Positions 1-10,164 of a DNA stretch of 20,000 nucleotides are shown here, in pieces. A program made the position numbers and the translations under genes. The DNA is taken from the NCBI GenBank assembly GCA_003707115.1, contig PPNB01000011.1, positions 237,792-257,791 of the forward strand. The letters are read 5' to 3'. The notes under the pieces were generated by a model. That model made no database searches. It saw only the letters and a list, made by a program, of their open reading frames with translations, and was not told the origin of the DNA. This DNA is from Tortispora ganteri (lineage: Eukaryota). Position 1 is the first letter of the stretch. Each line of letters starts with the position of its first letter.

Positions 1-2195
1 TTATCACCTATGGGACCATCTTTGCAAGGCAACTCGGTAAGCGGGCTAGCAGTTCCAGTAGAGTTGTTATATTGTTCGTCGTTTTTCAATTCTGCATTCT
101 CTGAAGGGAATGATTCTCGCTCGCGCTCTTCCATGGTATACAGTTGAATAATTGCAGCCGTCAATAACTTGAAAGTGTCCCGACACTCAGATGCCGCGTC
201 GCATTTATTCACTAAAGAATTTAGTACCGTAATACAAGCATTGCTTGCATCTTCAATCTCCTGGACTGAAATCTGCGATCTCACCACCGGCGAATGGTAA
301 ATAGAATACAAAAAAGATGTACCAGCCATAAAAAGATTGTGGACTGCAACCCAAGTATAATTTATAGACTTATCATGCAGCAATCTATAGTATATGTAGA
401 TAATGCTCTTTCCTGCATCATTGATAACGAGATTGTTCTCCTGAGGAATCATAGGAGAGGCTGGACAAATACCATACATTAGCAAACGTGTTTGATGATA
501 GTTAATATCAATAAAACTGAGATTGAAATTGCAACTCATATCACTAGGACTTTTAGGACAACTGGCATACCAGCGTCGTACTCTGTCCCACATATCAACC
601 TTCCAATCCTCCAGCGTGGAGAACCGTCTCGGTAGCTCTCCCTTATCGTACAGAATAAATTGGATTTCTGATTGAAGTTTCCGGATTACAAACATTGCCT
701 GTGAAACCTGCTTGTATGATGGCGCAATATTTGCCGGCGGTTGTATGAATCCCTCCGGTGTGATCAAAGCATCATCAAGCAAAGAAGGAAATGGCACCTT
801 GATTGACTGGTCAGGAATTCCAGGTGGGCGACCTAGGTACACACATATTTGTCTATCGACCACGTATGTACACCAAAACAAGCGTCTGCGCATATCAAGT
901 CTGAATAGATTGATTCTTGGTCGCAAGTCCGCGGCAAACCGAGAATATTCCTTTTGACTAACCCCGGAAGACTCGGTAGCATGATCACTGCCAGAATCTT
1001 TCCCCAAGAACTTTTGCACCTCTGAAACTGATGTTTCGTGCCTCCAAGACCGAATTCCGCTCTCGGAATGTAGCCCTAAATCAACACATATGCGCAAGGC
1101 AATTCCCAATGTATACCAAACACCTGGAAATGCTGGTCTCATGATAGAATACAAGCACAAAAGCAATATTGCCTGTAACGCCTCAAGTCTATCGCTACTG
1201 TTCATCAACATATCAGCATGGCGCATAGCAGCAGCGTGATAAGCTTCGGGGAGACGATCGGGATAATGTTGATGATTCACAGCGATAGCGATAGCAAAAA
1301 CCAAATTCAGGAAATATAACGCGGTAGGGTTAAACTCCAGCGGTTGTGATTGTTCAGCAGAACTAATAGAGGACGGTGTTGGTATATGAGGAGGAGTTGA
1401 AGGCGGTGGAGTTGAGGACAAGACAACGTCGGGAGACAGGTCGCCATAAACTGGTCTAAAACAGTTATTAATAAACTCTTCTCTATGGATGATAGGAAGT
1501 TGTGCGTTGGCCTGAGTAAAGAATGTTTCTAAGAGACGTTCTGCTACATCTTTGGAGGGAAGACGAGCGGGGTATATGGGTGTATCGTCCACAGACTGTT
1601 TAGGGACGCTAGAAGAAGAAAAATTGCTAATACTGCTCATGTCTAGATCAGACCCCCGAAGCTGGACAGCCGCAAACATTAAACGTGCAAAAGAAATGCC
1701 CGAAGTAGCGCCAAGAAATGAGTTCTGGGCGCCGGAAGCGCCGCTAGCAGAAACTCTGCCGACTTGTGAGACCAGCACTTCAGGCGCTAGCAATGAAGAT
1801 GTGCCATTAGTTGTACGCTTATCTGTTATTGGAGAAGCTATAGCTTCTGTGGAGTTACCTGAAGGAGTGGAATTCTGCGAGATAGAGAGTTTCGCACGTC
1901 CATTATAAAAAGCTTCAGGATCTAAACCAATTTCTTTCAGGGCGCTTTCGAGCTTTGACACTTTAGTTTCAAGGTTATAAACATAAGATCGGGGCATTTC
2001 GCGACCTGTCGCAGGGTCTACACCCACACATTCTGCTCTTGCGCGCAGACAGCTCGAGCAGGAAGGAAACTTTTGGTCACATTTTATCTTCTTATGCCTG
2101 CATCTCAGACATGCTGATATCGACCGGTAAACCGTTGCTTTCGGAGAAGGCGATTCAAAATGTGGCGACGAGGACTGGCTGATTTTAGCCTTCAT
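1..2195 (-). CDS. PPR1: Zn(II)2Cys6 transcription factor, Ppr1/UaY family (3' end lies outside the window)
   Basis: Manual minus-strand translation from ATG at 2195 gives MKAKISQ...SISACLRCRHKKIKCDQKFPSCSSCLRARAECVGVDPATGREMPRSYVYNLE. This matches the Ppr1 zinc cluster plus DPATG..PRSY linker. The fungal TF domain DMRRRLFWCTYVVDRQICVYLGRPPGIPD (~890-810) is in the same frame, and codons at the window edge are still open. The frame was spot-checked, not read codon by codon. Confidence 0.9.
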   Translation of the reverse strand, partial: MKAKISQSSSPHFESPSPKATVYRSISACLRCRHKKIKCDQKFPSCSSCLRARAECVGVDPATGREMPRSYVYNLETKVSKLESALKEIGLDPEAFYNGRAKLSISQNSTPSGNSTEAIASPITDKRTTNGTSSLLAPEVLVSQVGRVSASGASGAQNSFLGATSGISFARLMFAAVQLRGSDLDMSSISNFSSSSVPKQSVDDTPIYPARLPSKDVAERLLETFFTQANAQLPIIHREEFINNCFRPVYGDLSPDVVLSSTPPPSTPPHIPTPSSISSAEQSQPLEFNPTALYFLNLVFAIAIAVNHQHYPDRLPEAYHAAAMRHADMLMNSSDRLEALQAILLLCLYSIMRPAFPGVWYTLGIALRICVDLGLHSESGIRSWRHETSVSEVQKFLGKDSGSDHATESSGVSQKEYSRFAADLRPRINLFRLDMRRRLFWCTYVVDRQICVYLGRPPGIPDQSIKVPFPSLLDDALITPEGFIQPPANIAPSYKQVSQAMFVIRKLQSEIQFILYDKGELPRRFSTLEDWKVDMWDRVRRWYASCPKSPSDMSCNFNLSFIDINYHQTRLLMYGICPASPMIPQENNLVINDAGKSIIYIYYRLLHDKSINYTWVAVHNLFMAGTSFLYSIYHSPVVRSQISVQEIEDASNACITVLNSLVNKCDAASECRDTFKLLTAAIIQLYTMEERERESFPSENAELKNDEQYNNSTGTASPLTELPCKDGPIGD

Positions 2196-2566
2196 TGCGC
2201 TCAGTTTTGGTCAGATCCGATCCTATTTTTGGCACTAGTCAATGGGAAGTGAGCAAGTCGTTGAGCGAATCGCGTAGAGAAGAAGTACAGGTCTAGTTAA
2301 AGGCTCCAGTCTATTGTACAAGGTGCGCCAAAAACAGTAGAGGAAAATAATGTAACAAATTTTAGTGCCTGAAGCACGGTTCTAAGACAACCTGGGGTTT
2401 CTCGACTAATTAACTATTGATAAGGCAAAATAAGAGATTAAATTATTACGTGGGATCGTTTTGGGAAGGAACAATATAGATGAGGGTTAGGGTAATCTAA
2501 CAGAAAATACATACACTGAAATGCAGGGCAATTGTCAAGGTCAAAATAATGGGATAGTCTGTAAAA

Positions 2567-3064
2567 CTAAAGCTTACATTGAATGGTTTTCAGACGCTGG
2601 AGACCTTCGCGAAGAGAAGCCGACATGCCGTTTTTGTTGGGTCTTCTGGTATCCTTATCGACAAAAACATGCACGATCTCGCCTGCAGCACAAGGGTGAT
2701 CCGAGGGCTTAGCGCCCTTTCTGAATATACCCACTTCATAGCGCACGCTGCTATTACCGAGTTCTATTATTCGCAGACCAAGTACCAGCTCGTCCGGGAA
2801 CTGCACCCCTTCGAAGTACTGGCAGCTGCTCGACACTACATAACCGAGCTGATCTGATTGGCCTTCCTTGCGTACCTCACCTTCGCGCGCTTCCACAGGA
2901 AAGAGACCGCATTCTCTCACCAAGTAAGTATTTATGATTGAGTCAAAGTAATAGTAGTACACAGCATTATTGACATGTCCGTACTGGTCGTTGTCTATCC
3001 AGCGGGTTTGCTGGTCCAACTTATAGGGATAGTCTTTTAATTGCCGCGATCTTTTGTCTCCCAT
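2567..3064 (-). CDS. Hotdog-fold acyl-CoA thioesterase (4HBT/YbgC-like), probably peroxisomal
   Basis: Motif TRWIDNDQYGHVNNAVYYYYFD plus LGNSSVRYEVGIF and HVFVD. First ATG is at 3064 (the track start at 3070 is GTG). C-terminus is -CKL, a PTS1. Confidence 0.88.
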   Translation of the reverse strand: MGDKRSRQLKDYPYKLDQQTRWIDNDQYGHVNNAVYYYYFDSIINTYLVRECGLFPVEAREGEVRKEGQSDQLGYVVSSSCQYFEGVQFPDELVLGLRIIELGNSSVRYEVGIFRKGAKPSDHPCAAGEIVHVFVDKDTRRPNKNGMSASLREGLQRLKTIQCKL

Positions 3065-3518
3065 GTGCACTGATTCGATTGTTAAGTGTATGATAATATA
3101 TTGTATGCAGTAGTCAATAGGTGTAGTTGTACAAGTGGAAAGTTGTCTCGGCTGTTACCTACCGTCTTATTAATGTACAACCTAGGCTTAAAGCAGCACC
3201 CCCGCATTGTCTTTTGGGAACCGAGCAGTAACGGTTGTTATGAGAGATATAACACCGAGGGAAAAAAAATCTACGAAAATGGAACGCTATACGATATTGT
3301 ATGAAAGCAGTGGGCAATCGGGATACGCATAAGCGCGGGCAACACAAGATACACGAGAAAGAGTACGAGAGCTACATATCTCTGATTCACGTCATACCCC
3401 GGTCACAAGCGCCACCGAAAGTCGCGCTCACAAGGCGTAGCGAGGACTCCGAGTTACATCAAGGAAGACTACAGCGAACGGTGTAAAAAATTTTAACGTC
3501 GAATCATAATGCCATCAT

Positions 3519-3920
3519 CTACACAACAACACCAGAGTTGGAGGCGATACGGGGCCAAAGATCAGCACATTCCTTACCGACGGGACCGGTGATAGCGGAT
3601 CCCTTCATTTCACCCTTGGGGTTGACAATAACTCCAGCGTTGTCCTCGAAATAGAGGAAAACACCATCTTTTCTTCTCCATGGCTTGGATTGGCGAACAA
3701 CAATAGCAGGCATGACTTTCTTTCGGAGTTCTGGCTTACCCTTCTTGACGGTAGCCATGACCATGTCGCCTACACCAGCAGCGGGAAGACGGTTAAGACG
3801 AGCACCGGTGCCTTTTACGGCAATAATGTAAAGGTTGCGGGCACCAGTGTTATCGCAGCAGTTAATAACTGCGCCAGTAGGGAGACCTAATGAAACCCGG
3901 TATTTTGTTCCAGTAGACAT
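3519..3920 (-). CDS. RPL23: 60S ribosomal protein L23 (uL14)
   Basis: Near-identical to yeast Rpl23 ([51 protein letters not shown]). ATG context CACAATG. No intron is needed. Confidence 0.98.
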   Translation of the reverse strand: MSTGTKYRVSLGLPTGAVINCCDNTGARNLYIIAVKGTGARLNRLPAAGVGDMVMATVKKGKPELRKKVMPAIVVRQSKPWRRKDGVFLYFEDNAGVIVNPKGEMKGSAITGPVGKECADLWPRIASNSGVVV

Positions 3921-4010
3921 TGTGAATGTGAGTGAAAAGGTGAATAAGTACTTGCTGAATGGGATCTATGAAGGGTGTAACTGCGTCCTCTCCCAACACA
4001 CCTGCATCAC

Positions 4011-4036
4011 CGTGACTGGTATAAACCCTAATAGGG
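4011..4036 (-). promoter_or_regulatory. RPL23 promoter: Homol-D-like box (CAGTCACG) and CCCTA-A-TAGGG inverted telobox/Tbf1-like site
   Basis: CGTGACTG at 4011-4018 reads CAGTCACG on the coding strand, 91 bp upstream of the ATG. AAACCCTAATAGGG is at 4023-4036. Confidence 0.6.
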
Positions 4037-4155
4037 CCTTGGAGTTAATAACCCCTCTAATTCGTAATGCTATCAAAAATACGTAGAAAAGATTGATCCA
4101 CCTTTAGAAAAAAATAGCATTAATGTAAAAAAAAAAAATCCCTGCACTTGTATAG

Positions 4156-5712
4156 CTATGCGTCAGTCATGGTAACGTCGCCGTAGTCAACGTCTCCATT
4201 GGCGCCTTCCTTAGGCGGAGACGCCGATGCAGAATGTTTCTTATCTATAATAGCATCAAGAGATTCTTTGCTCAACGGAGTCTGTGTAGGCTTTATTACA
4301 GGATCTGTGATTTTGAAGGTAGACCTGGGCCTTGAAAAAGTTTCCGAAATATCAGTATCTTCTGTCCTACTGGCGTGTATATTGCGACGACCGCCATCGC
4401 CTTCATCTTCAGAATCCGACAGCTCGCCATCGTGCTGCACTGTAGCGTCCCAGCCGGGTTGTCCGCCATTTCTCTCGTCCTTGTGTAGATCTTCGTCGAT
4501 ATCGTCTTCAGGGGCATCTCTAGGCACGTTTTGTATCTGAACACTAGGCGCAAACTTTGTGCGCTCTAAGTTTTCAAGAACAGAGCTGAGCACCTTGTTC
4601 AAATACTGTTTGGTGTTGGCATTTTGCATGTTGCTCTGTCTCACTTCGAGCATGTAGTCGGGGCCGAAGTATTCGTAATAGTCATTATAAGGAATTTCTG
4701 GTCCCACAATTTCCTGGTTCAGAATGCCGCATTCGTAGCACCATGCGCGGGCGACGTTTCTCATAGTGTAACCTCCACCGCCTACAACAAGAGTAGGCAA
4801 ATTAAACGATCTGACAAACTTAACACAGTTTGCATGACCGTACATACTCAGGTTAAAGCAGCCTAAGCGATCGCCCGACAATGAGTCACCGCCGCACTGA
4901 AGAACCACAGCCCCTGGTTGGTACCACTCCATGATGTGAGAGATTACAGGCTCAAAGACGCTTTGATACGTTATATCGTCGATCCCGTCGCGCAACGGGA
5001 TGTTAACAGAGTGGTATTTTCCTTTTCCTATTCCGATATCGCGAAGTTCACCAGTTCCGGGAAAATACTCACCGTATTTATGAAACGAGCATGTCATGAC
5101 TCTGTCAGTAGTGTAGAAGGCCTCCTCCACGCCATCGCCGTGGTGTACATCTATATCGATGTAGAGCACACGTTGATGGTAGCGAAGAAACTCCAGAATA
5201 CCTAGAACTATATCGTTGACGTAGCAAAATCCAGAAGCCTCGCTCTTTTTCGCATGGTGCAGGCCACCAGCGTAGTTGACGGCAATATCGCACTTCCCAC
5301 GGTTGAGACGTGCAGCGCCTTCCATGGAACCGCCGCCGGAGATACTGCAGAACTCAAAGAGTCCATCAAACAAAGGATTTTCGTCAAACATATTAAACTT
5401 TAGGAGTTCCTTGGAAGAAGTCTCGAGAGATTCGGGGCAGTTTCTGTAGATGAAATCTATGTACTCGTCGGAATGAAACTGACACATCTCCTGGCGAGTT
5501 GCAGGTTTGGCACGGTATATCTCCATCTTCTTGTACAAGCCATAGTTCATAACAAGAGAATGCGTCATGCGTATTCGGTGCGGTTTCATAGGATGACCAG
5601 CACCGTAGGCGTAGTTGCCGACATCGGCGTCATAGAAGTAAGCAACCCGCTTTTTCTGGCCTTGGATCTCCTTAAAAGGTTCCAATTGTTGAGGCGCGCT
5701 GTTCAGGGACAT
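4156..5712 (-). CDS. RPD3: Class I histone deacetylase Rpd3
   Basis: [65 protein letters not shown] and GGGGYT are all present, with an acidic C-terminal tail. Confidence 0.97.
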   Translation of the reverse strand: MSLNSAPQQLEPFKEIQGQKKRVAYFYDADVGNYAYGAGHPMKPHRIRMTHSLVMNYGLYKKMEIYRAKPATRQEMCQFHSDEYIDFIYRNCPESLETSSKELLKFNMFDENPLFDGLFEFCSISGGGSMEGAARLNRGKCDIAVNYAGGLHHAKKSEASGFCYVNDIVLGILEFLRYHQRVLYIDIDVHHGDGVEEAFYTTDRVMTCSFHKYGEYFPGTGELRDIGIGKGKYHSVNIPLRDGIDDITYQSVFEPVISHIMEWYQPGAVVLQCGGDSLSGDRLGCFNLSMYGHANCVKFVRSFNLPTLVVGGGGYTMRNVARAWCYECGILNQEIVGPEIPYNDYYEYFGPDYMLEVRQSNMQNANTKQYLNKVLSSVLENLERTKFAPSVQIQNVPRDAPEDDIDEDLHKDERNGGQPGWDATVQHDGELSDSEDEGDGGRRNIHASRTEDTDISETFSRPRSTFKITDPVIKPTQTPLSKESLDAIIDKKHSASASPPKEGANGDVDYGDVTMTDA

Positions 5713-6172
5713 CTTTTGCAGACAAAAAGGATAATATTATGTTTTCAGAATTCAAAGACCAGCCTCGCAAGTGACACCGCAATACACCTCTCTTTGTCGT
5801 CTTTTAAGAGTATTTTCGGCTGTCCGAGTGATAGGAGTGCAAGTGTGGGTAGGGCTTTGTGGTGTTCGCGCTGGAAGTGTTTTAGAGGCCGGGTAATGTG
5901 TGAAGCAATCGCAAGTAGTGTACTATCAAGTGTTCGTGCCCATTAGAGAGTTAACATCAAATTTGGCGTTAGTAAAATAGAAAGGTAATAATTTACTGTG
6001 CTTTTCGTATTAGCATTTACTCGACAGTGCGCACTTCTGTGTCGTTTTGGCGTGAAACAGAGTTCTTCAGACTCTTTGTGCAGAGTATCGATCCCTAACC
6101 CCAATAAAAAAGCATCGCAACAGCACCATACAGTCTTCTTTGCAATCGAAAAGCAACAGATACGCAGGGAAT

Positions 6173-7651
6173 ATGGATCTACAAAGCAGCATTCTTCATA
6201 AGTTGAATGATTTAGGGACGATTGACGACTCAGCGCTAGCATTTCCTGATCAGGAACCGGCACAAGTGCGAGCGGCATTGAACTCACTAGCGTCGAGGGA
6301 CATGGTGAAATTTCAGCAACTTGAAGTGGAACAATGGGAACTGACCAAAGAGGCGCAAGAGATCGTTGAAAATGGCAGTCATGAATTTCGTTTGCTTGCA
6401 GAGGTGACTAAAGCCGTGGGCGGCCTTAAAATCTCCGATGTCGGCGCTAAACTTGGCCCTGGAGGACGCATAGGCCAGGCTACAGCTTTCAAGAATGGTT
6501 GGATTAAAAAGGACGGCGATGTGCTCGTTGCGAGCGACAAGATTCCTTCAGAGGACTTTGTTGCTAAAAATTTGGCGTACATTAAGAAACACCAGACATT
6601 TGACGACGAAAAGGTGCTATCTGATTTAAAGAAGCGCAAGCTGATCAGCAAGGTGAAGAAGATCTCTTTTGCCATCCAGAAAGGCGAGAAGTTTTCGCTT
6701 GAAATCAAGCAGCTTGAGACTGACTTGACTGCTGAAATGATACAGAATGAAAGCTGGAAGGATGCTGAGTTCAAGTCCTACAACTTCGACACAGACGGTG
6801 CCCTGCCTCTTTCCGGGGCTTTTCATCCGCTCAACAAGGTGAGAGAAGAGTTCCGCCAGATTTTCTTTTCTATGGGGTTCACTGAAATGCCGACGAACCA
6901 GTACGTGGAGAGTGGGTTTTGGAACTTCGATACGCTGTTTGTTCCCCAGCAGCATCCTGCCAGAGACCTCCAGGACACGTTCTACATTAAGGACCCTGTT
7001 CGCGCTGATGAGCCGGAAGATAAGCAGTTTTTTAATAACGTGAAAAAAGTGCACGAAGGAGGAGCTTTTGATTCTATTGGATACAGATACGATTGGTCGG
7101 CTGAAGAAACGCTCAAACTAGTGCTGAGAACGCACACCACAGCCACGAGTGGCCGCATGTTGCATGCACTGGCCGAAGACCCGAGACCTGTAAGGTACTT
7201 CAGCATTGACCGAGTGTTCCGTAACGAAGCTGTAGATGCCACGCATTTAGCTGAGTTTCATCAGATCGAAGGTGTGATTGCTGATTACGATATCTCACTA
7301 GGCGATCTAATTGGCTTTATGGACGCTTTCTTTTCGCGCATGGGTGTGACGAATCTGAGATTCAAGCCCGCGTATAACCCGTATACAGAACCTTCACTTG
7401 AGATTTTCTCATGGCACGAGGGTCTTGGAAAATGGGTAGAGATAGGCAACTCTGGCATGTTTCGGCCAGAGATGCTTGAGCCAATGGGGCTTCCCAAGAA
7501 CCTACGCGTACTCGGCTGGGGTTTGAGTCTTGAACGGCCTACAATGATCAAATATGGAGTCAGCAATATCCGCGAACTTCTAGGCCACAAAGTGAGCCTG
7601 GAATTCATCGAGAGTAATCCTGCCGTTCGATTAGACGAGAGGCTGGTTTGA
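6173..7651 (+). CDS. FRS2: Cytoplasmic phenylalanine--tRNA ligase alpha subunit
   Basis: FWNFDTLFVPQQHPARDLQDTF, LRTHTT, FSIDRVFRNEAVDATHLAEFHQIEG, FKPAYNPYTEPS and GWGLSLERPTMIKYG. First ATG is at 6173 (the track start at 6140 is TTG). Confidence 0.97.
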   Translation: MDLQSSILHKLNDLGTIDDSALAFPDQEPAQVRAALNSLASRDMVKFQQLEVEQWELTKEAQEIVENGSHEFRLLAEVTKAVGGLKISDVGAKLGPGGRIGQATAFKNGWIKKDGDVLVASDKIPSEDFVAKNLAYIKKHQTFDDEKVLSDLKKRKLISKVKKISFAIQKGEKFSLEIKQLETDLTAEMIQNESWKDAEFKSYNFDTDGALPLSGAFHPLNKVREEFRQIFFSMGFTEMPTNQYVESGFWNFDTLFVPQQHPARDLQDTFYIKDPVRADEPEDKQFFNNVKKVHEGGAFDSIGYRYDWSAEETLKLVLRTHTTATSGRMLHALAEDPRPVRYFSIDRVFRNEAVDATHLAEFHQIEGVIADYDISLGDLIGFMDAFFSRMGVTNLRFKPAYNPYTEPSLEIFSWHEGLGKWVEIGNSGMFRPEMLEPMGLPKNLRVLGWGLSLERPTMIKYGVSNIRELLGHKVSLEFIESNPAVRLDERLV

Positions 7652-8362
7652 GCGAGTGATTTGGAGTCTAATCAAGAGGTTTTGTGATCTAAGCGCAAAA
7701 CGTAGTAGCTTTAGCAGAGCGTATCAGAATAATGATCTAACATGTCCGGCTATATTGTCAGTAGTCCGTATAATGTAATACCGGTCGGCGGCGCTGCGGA
7801 GTTTCGCGGAGTTAGGTTATCGATTGACAGCGCGATCGATCTTAGATAATCAAAAGGCTGAGCCGCGAGACGTCAATTCACGTGTGTCCCGAGGGTAAAT
7901 CTTTACGGAGCGGTTACAGATCTTAACGCCGAAATGGGACCGGATTTTAGGTTTTCGCGTTCCTGTGTTCCGCTTGGAAGGAGTGAACGCAGATGCATGC
8001 GCAGACACAGCGTACGCACAACGCAGTAAAGATTTATTTATCCAGTAAGCTGATTTATGTACTTTAGGGCATATCAGACCACTAACGCGACTGTGTGGAT
8101 CAATTTAGGCTATGGACGCGCGGTAGATGGAATGGGTGACGCGTCGTCCAGGCGGGTAGTTTCTAGAAGTAAAAGATTAGGATTTTATTTGGCGAATAAA
8201 GTTGCACGTTAAGGTATAAGTTCACGGTTTGATACTGTGATTGGTGAATAGTTGGGATTCGAAAGCCAAACAACCACCGGAAATGAGAACTTAGGTAAGC
8301 CCGGGACACTATAAAGCCGAAGATCCGTGAATGTAAAAAACTATTAATAATGCGTAAAAAAA

Positions 8363-8423
8363 TGAGTCAGCTTTGGCACAACGGATATAACGTTTCCGCT
8401 ACACTAAATAGATATATATATAA
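8363..8423 (+). promoter_or_regulatory. Gcn4/AP-1 site (TGAGTCA) and TATA element upstream of the ECM13-like gene
   Basis: TGAGTCA at 8363-8369 and a TATATATATAA run at ~8413-8423, about 40 bp before ATG 8460. Further upstream are TCACGTG (7878-7884) and ACGCGT (8139-8144). Confidence 0.4.
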
Positions 8424-8459
8424 TAGTCTTTAATTTTATATTACACTACTACATTAAAC

Positions 8460-9260
8460 ATGTCCAGCATACTAAGATCAAGGCCCACAATGGAACCTGC
8501 GCTGAGCTTCACCGAGACATACATACTGGCTAATAAGGCCAGATCGAAATTGACCAAATCTTTAGACCTAGCCGACCATGATCTACGAGCTGTTGTTATA
8601 CATGCGAACTTTCTCGACGACCTTGTAGCCAAAATCAACGATCGCAACTATTATCTCAAGACTATCACTACGCCGAGCCAGTCCTCCAAGAAGAGCACGC
8701 CCTCACCGCTCAAGAAGGCGTACAATGAGGCATATGTCGGAAATGTGTCTACGGTCAGATTTGCTGAGCCCGCGGACTCGCGCAAGAATTACAGAGACAT
8801 GCCTACAATCGATTCAGTCTACTATGAACAGGACGAAGACATGGTCCAATCCGATACATCATACCCCATCAAAGTTACTGTTGAGGCTCTGGAACCTATT
8901 GATTCTGATAGTTCTTCGGTCTCTGATGATACTCTCGATGAATCCGATATATCTGCTGGTTCAGAGAATTCGGACAACTTTATTGAGCCTTTGAGTGATG
9001 ACCTGACTGACGATTATAGCAGTAATGATGAATATGATTCTGAAACTAGTTCGCTAAATGAATCAGAATCAGAATCAGAGTCCGAATCAGATTCAGAGTC
9101 TAGTCATTATATGACACCAATGAAAGAAGAACAATACAGTCAGAACTATGCTTTCTTCAGAATATTCTCTAAAGCGTTCTCATCGACAAGCTTGTGCTGT
9201 AAGTCGGCACATTACAAGCAGAATGTTCAGCCTACTATAAATATGGGGTTGGCTGCTTGA
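8460..9260 (+). CDS. Ecm13/YJR115W-like fungal protein with acidic Ser/Asp/Glu-rich tail
   Basis: N-terminal LSFTETYILANKARSKL...DHDLRAVVIHANFLDDL resembles the Ecm13/YJR115W family motif (recalled, not searched). The rest is low-complexity acidic sequence. ATG context AAACATG. Confidence 0.75.
   Translation: MSSILRSRPTMEPALSFTETYILANKARSKLTKSLDLADHDLRAVVIHANFLDDLVAKINDRNYYLKTITTPSQSSKKSTPSPLKKAYNEAYVGNVSTVRFAEPADSRKNYRDMPTIDSVYYEQDEDMVQSDTSYPIKVTVEALEPIDSDSSSVSDDTLDESDISAGSENSDNFIEPLSDDLTDDYSSNDEYDSETSSLNESESESESESDSESSHYMTPMKEEQYSQNYAFFRIFSKAFSSTSLCCKSAHYKQNVQPTINMGLAA
9060..9101 (+). repeat. Coding hexanucleotide tandem repeat (GARTCN-like x7) encoding ESESESESESDSES
   Basis: GAATCA GAATCA GAATCA GAGTCC GAATCA GATTCA GAGTCT. 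Confidence 0.85.
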
Positions 9261-9546
9261 TTTTGATTGACTGGTCGCTTGCTGATGGATGTGAATGTTT
9301 TCATATATTGAGCTATTTTAACGATATGATTTTGATGACGGTTGAAGCAACTTAACTTTGCTATTAGGTTGCAGGTATTGAACTCCTATTTCTTTATTTT
9401 CTTTTTTTTTTTTATCACTTTTCCCCAACATTCAACAGTATAAATGACTTCATGTTATTGGCACCTCTTCCGTAGAAATCGTGATCCCAAACAGCGTAGA
9501 TTGTCTAGACTGCTAGGCTGCTATACAATCAAAGACTGCAAGGCAG

Positions 9547-10164
9547 CTAAGTATATCTAGTCTTGCCAATATCAAAGGGCAGGTATCTGTACTTTATCAT
9601 GTGACGGATTTGATGTCTCATAGTCATAGCAAAGAGGGCAAAGAAGTAAATGACAAGAATGGGCCAGAACACCGGAATATCAAAAACACTGAACCATGTA
9701 GCAATAAACGCCCAAAGAGTAGCCTGGGTCGCAGAATGCCAGAACTTGAATTCAGGCAATCTTCTTATAAAGGGCCTGAATTCTTCATTGCCTGAGGAGC
9801 CAGAGGCAGCACCCCCAGTTCCAGCGCCTATACTGGAAGGATCGAAATCTTCCTCGTCCAGGGGCCGACCTTCTTCCACGTCTATGTCCCTCTGTTCTTG
9901 CTCCAAACCTGGGTCAAACTTAGGCTGCAAAAATGCCACGAAAAGGTTTAATAGATATATAAACAACGTATAGCAAACAATGTACCATCCTTGCGCGTAG
10001 ACTATCCGTAGCATGAAGATACAAAGCAGCGCGACTTCCCCAAGCCATCGGTACATCACATACGGCGTAGTTTTGTCCAGGTACGACTGGTATACTCTAT
10101 TAATTTTGGACGTCTGCGTATACACAGACTCAAACGCACCTGGTTGCTCATCAAATGTATCCAT
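9547..10164 (-). CDS. RER1: Rer1 Golgi-to-ER retrieval receptor
   Basis: YQSYLDKTTPY, GWYIVCYTLFIYLLNLFVAFLQPKFDP, EEFRPFIRRLPEFKFW, FDIPVFWPILVIYF and HMIKYRYLPFDIGK. Confidence 0.97.
   Translation of the reverse strand: MDTFDEQPGAFESVYTQTSKINRVYQSYLDKTTPYVMYRWLGEVALLCIFMLRIVYAQGWYIVCYTLFIYLLNLFVAFLQPKFDPGLEQEQRDIDVEEGRPLDEEDFDPSSIGAGTGGAASGSSGNEEFRPFIRRLPEFKFWHSATQATLWAFIATWFSVFDIPVFWPILVIYFFALFAMTMRHQIRHMIKYRYLPFDIGKTRYT

Noticed and set aside
294..1908. Plus-strand ORFs 294-482, 712-957 and 1552-1908
   Set aside because: Antisense shadows of the PPR1-like gene with no recognisable motifs.
3408..3428. Small hairpin AGCGC...GAAA...GCGCT downstream of RPL23
   Set aside because: Short, mismatched stem with no snoRNA boxes or other support.
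4199..7608. ORFs overlapping RPD3 and FRS2, including 5473-5946 and 5943-6287
   Set aside because: Antisense or alternate-frame shadows of conserved genes.
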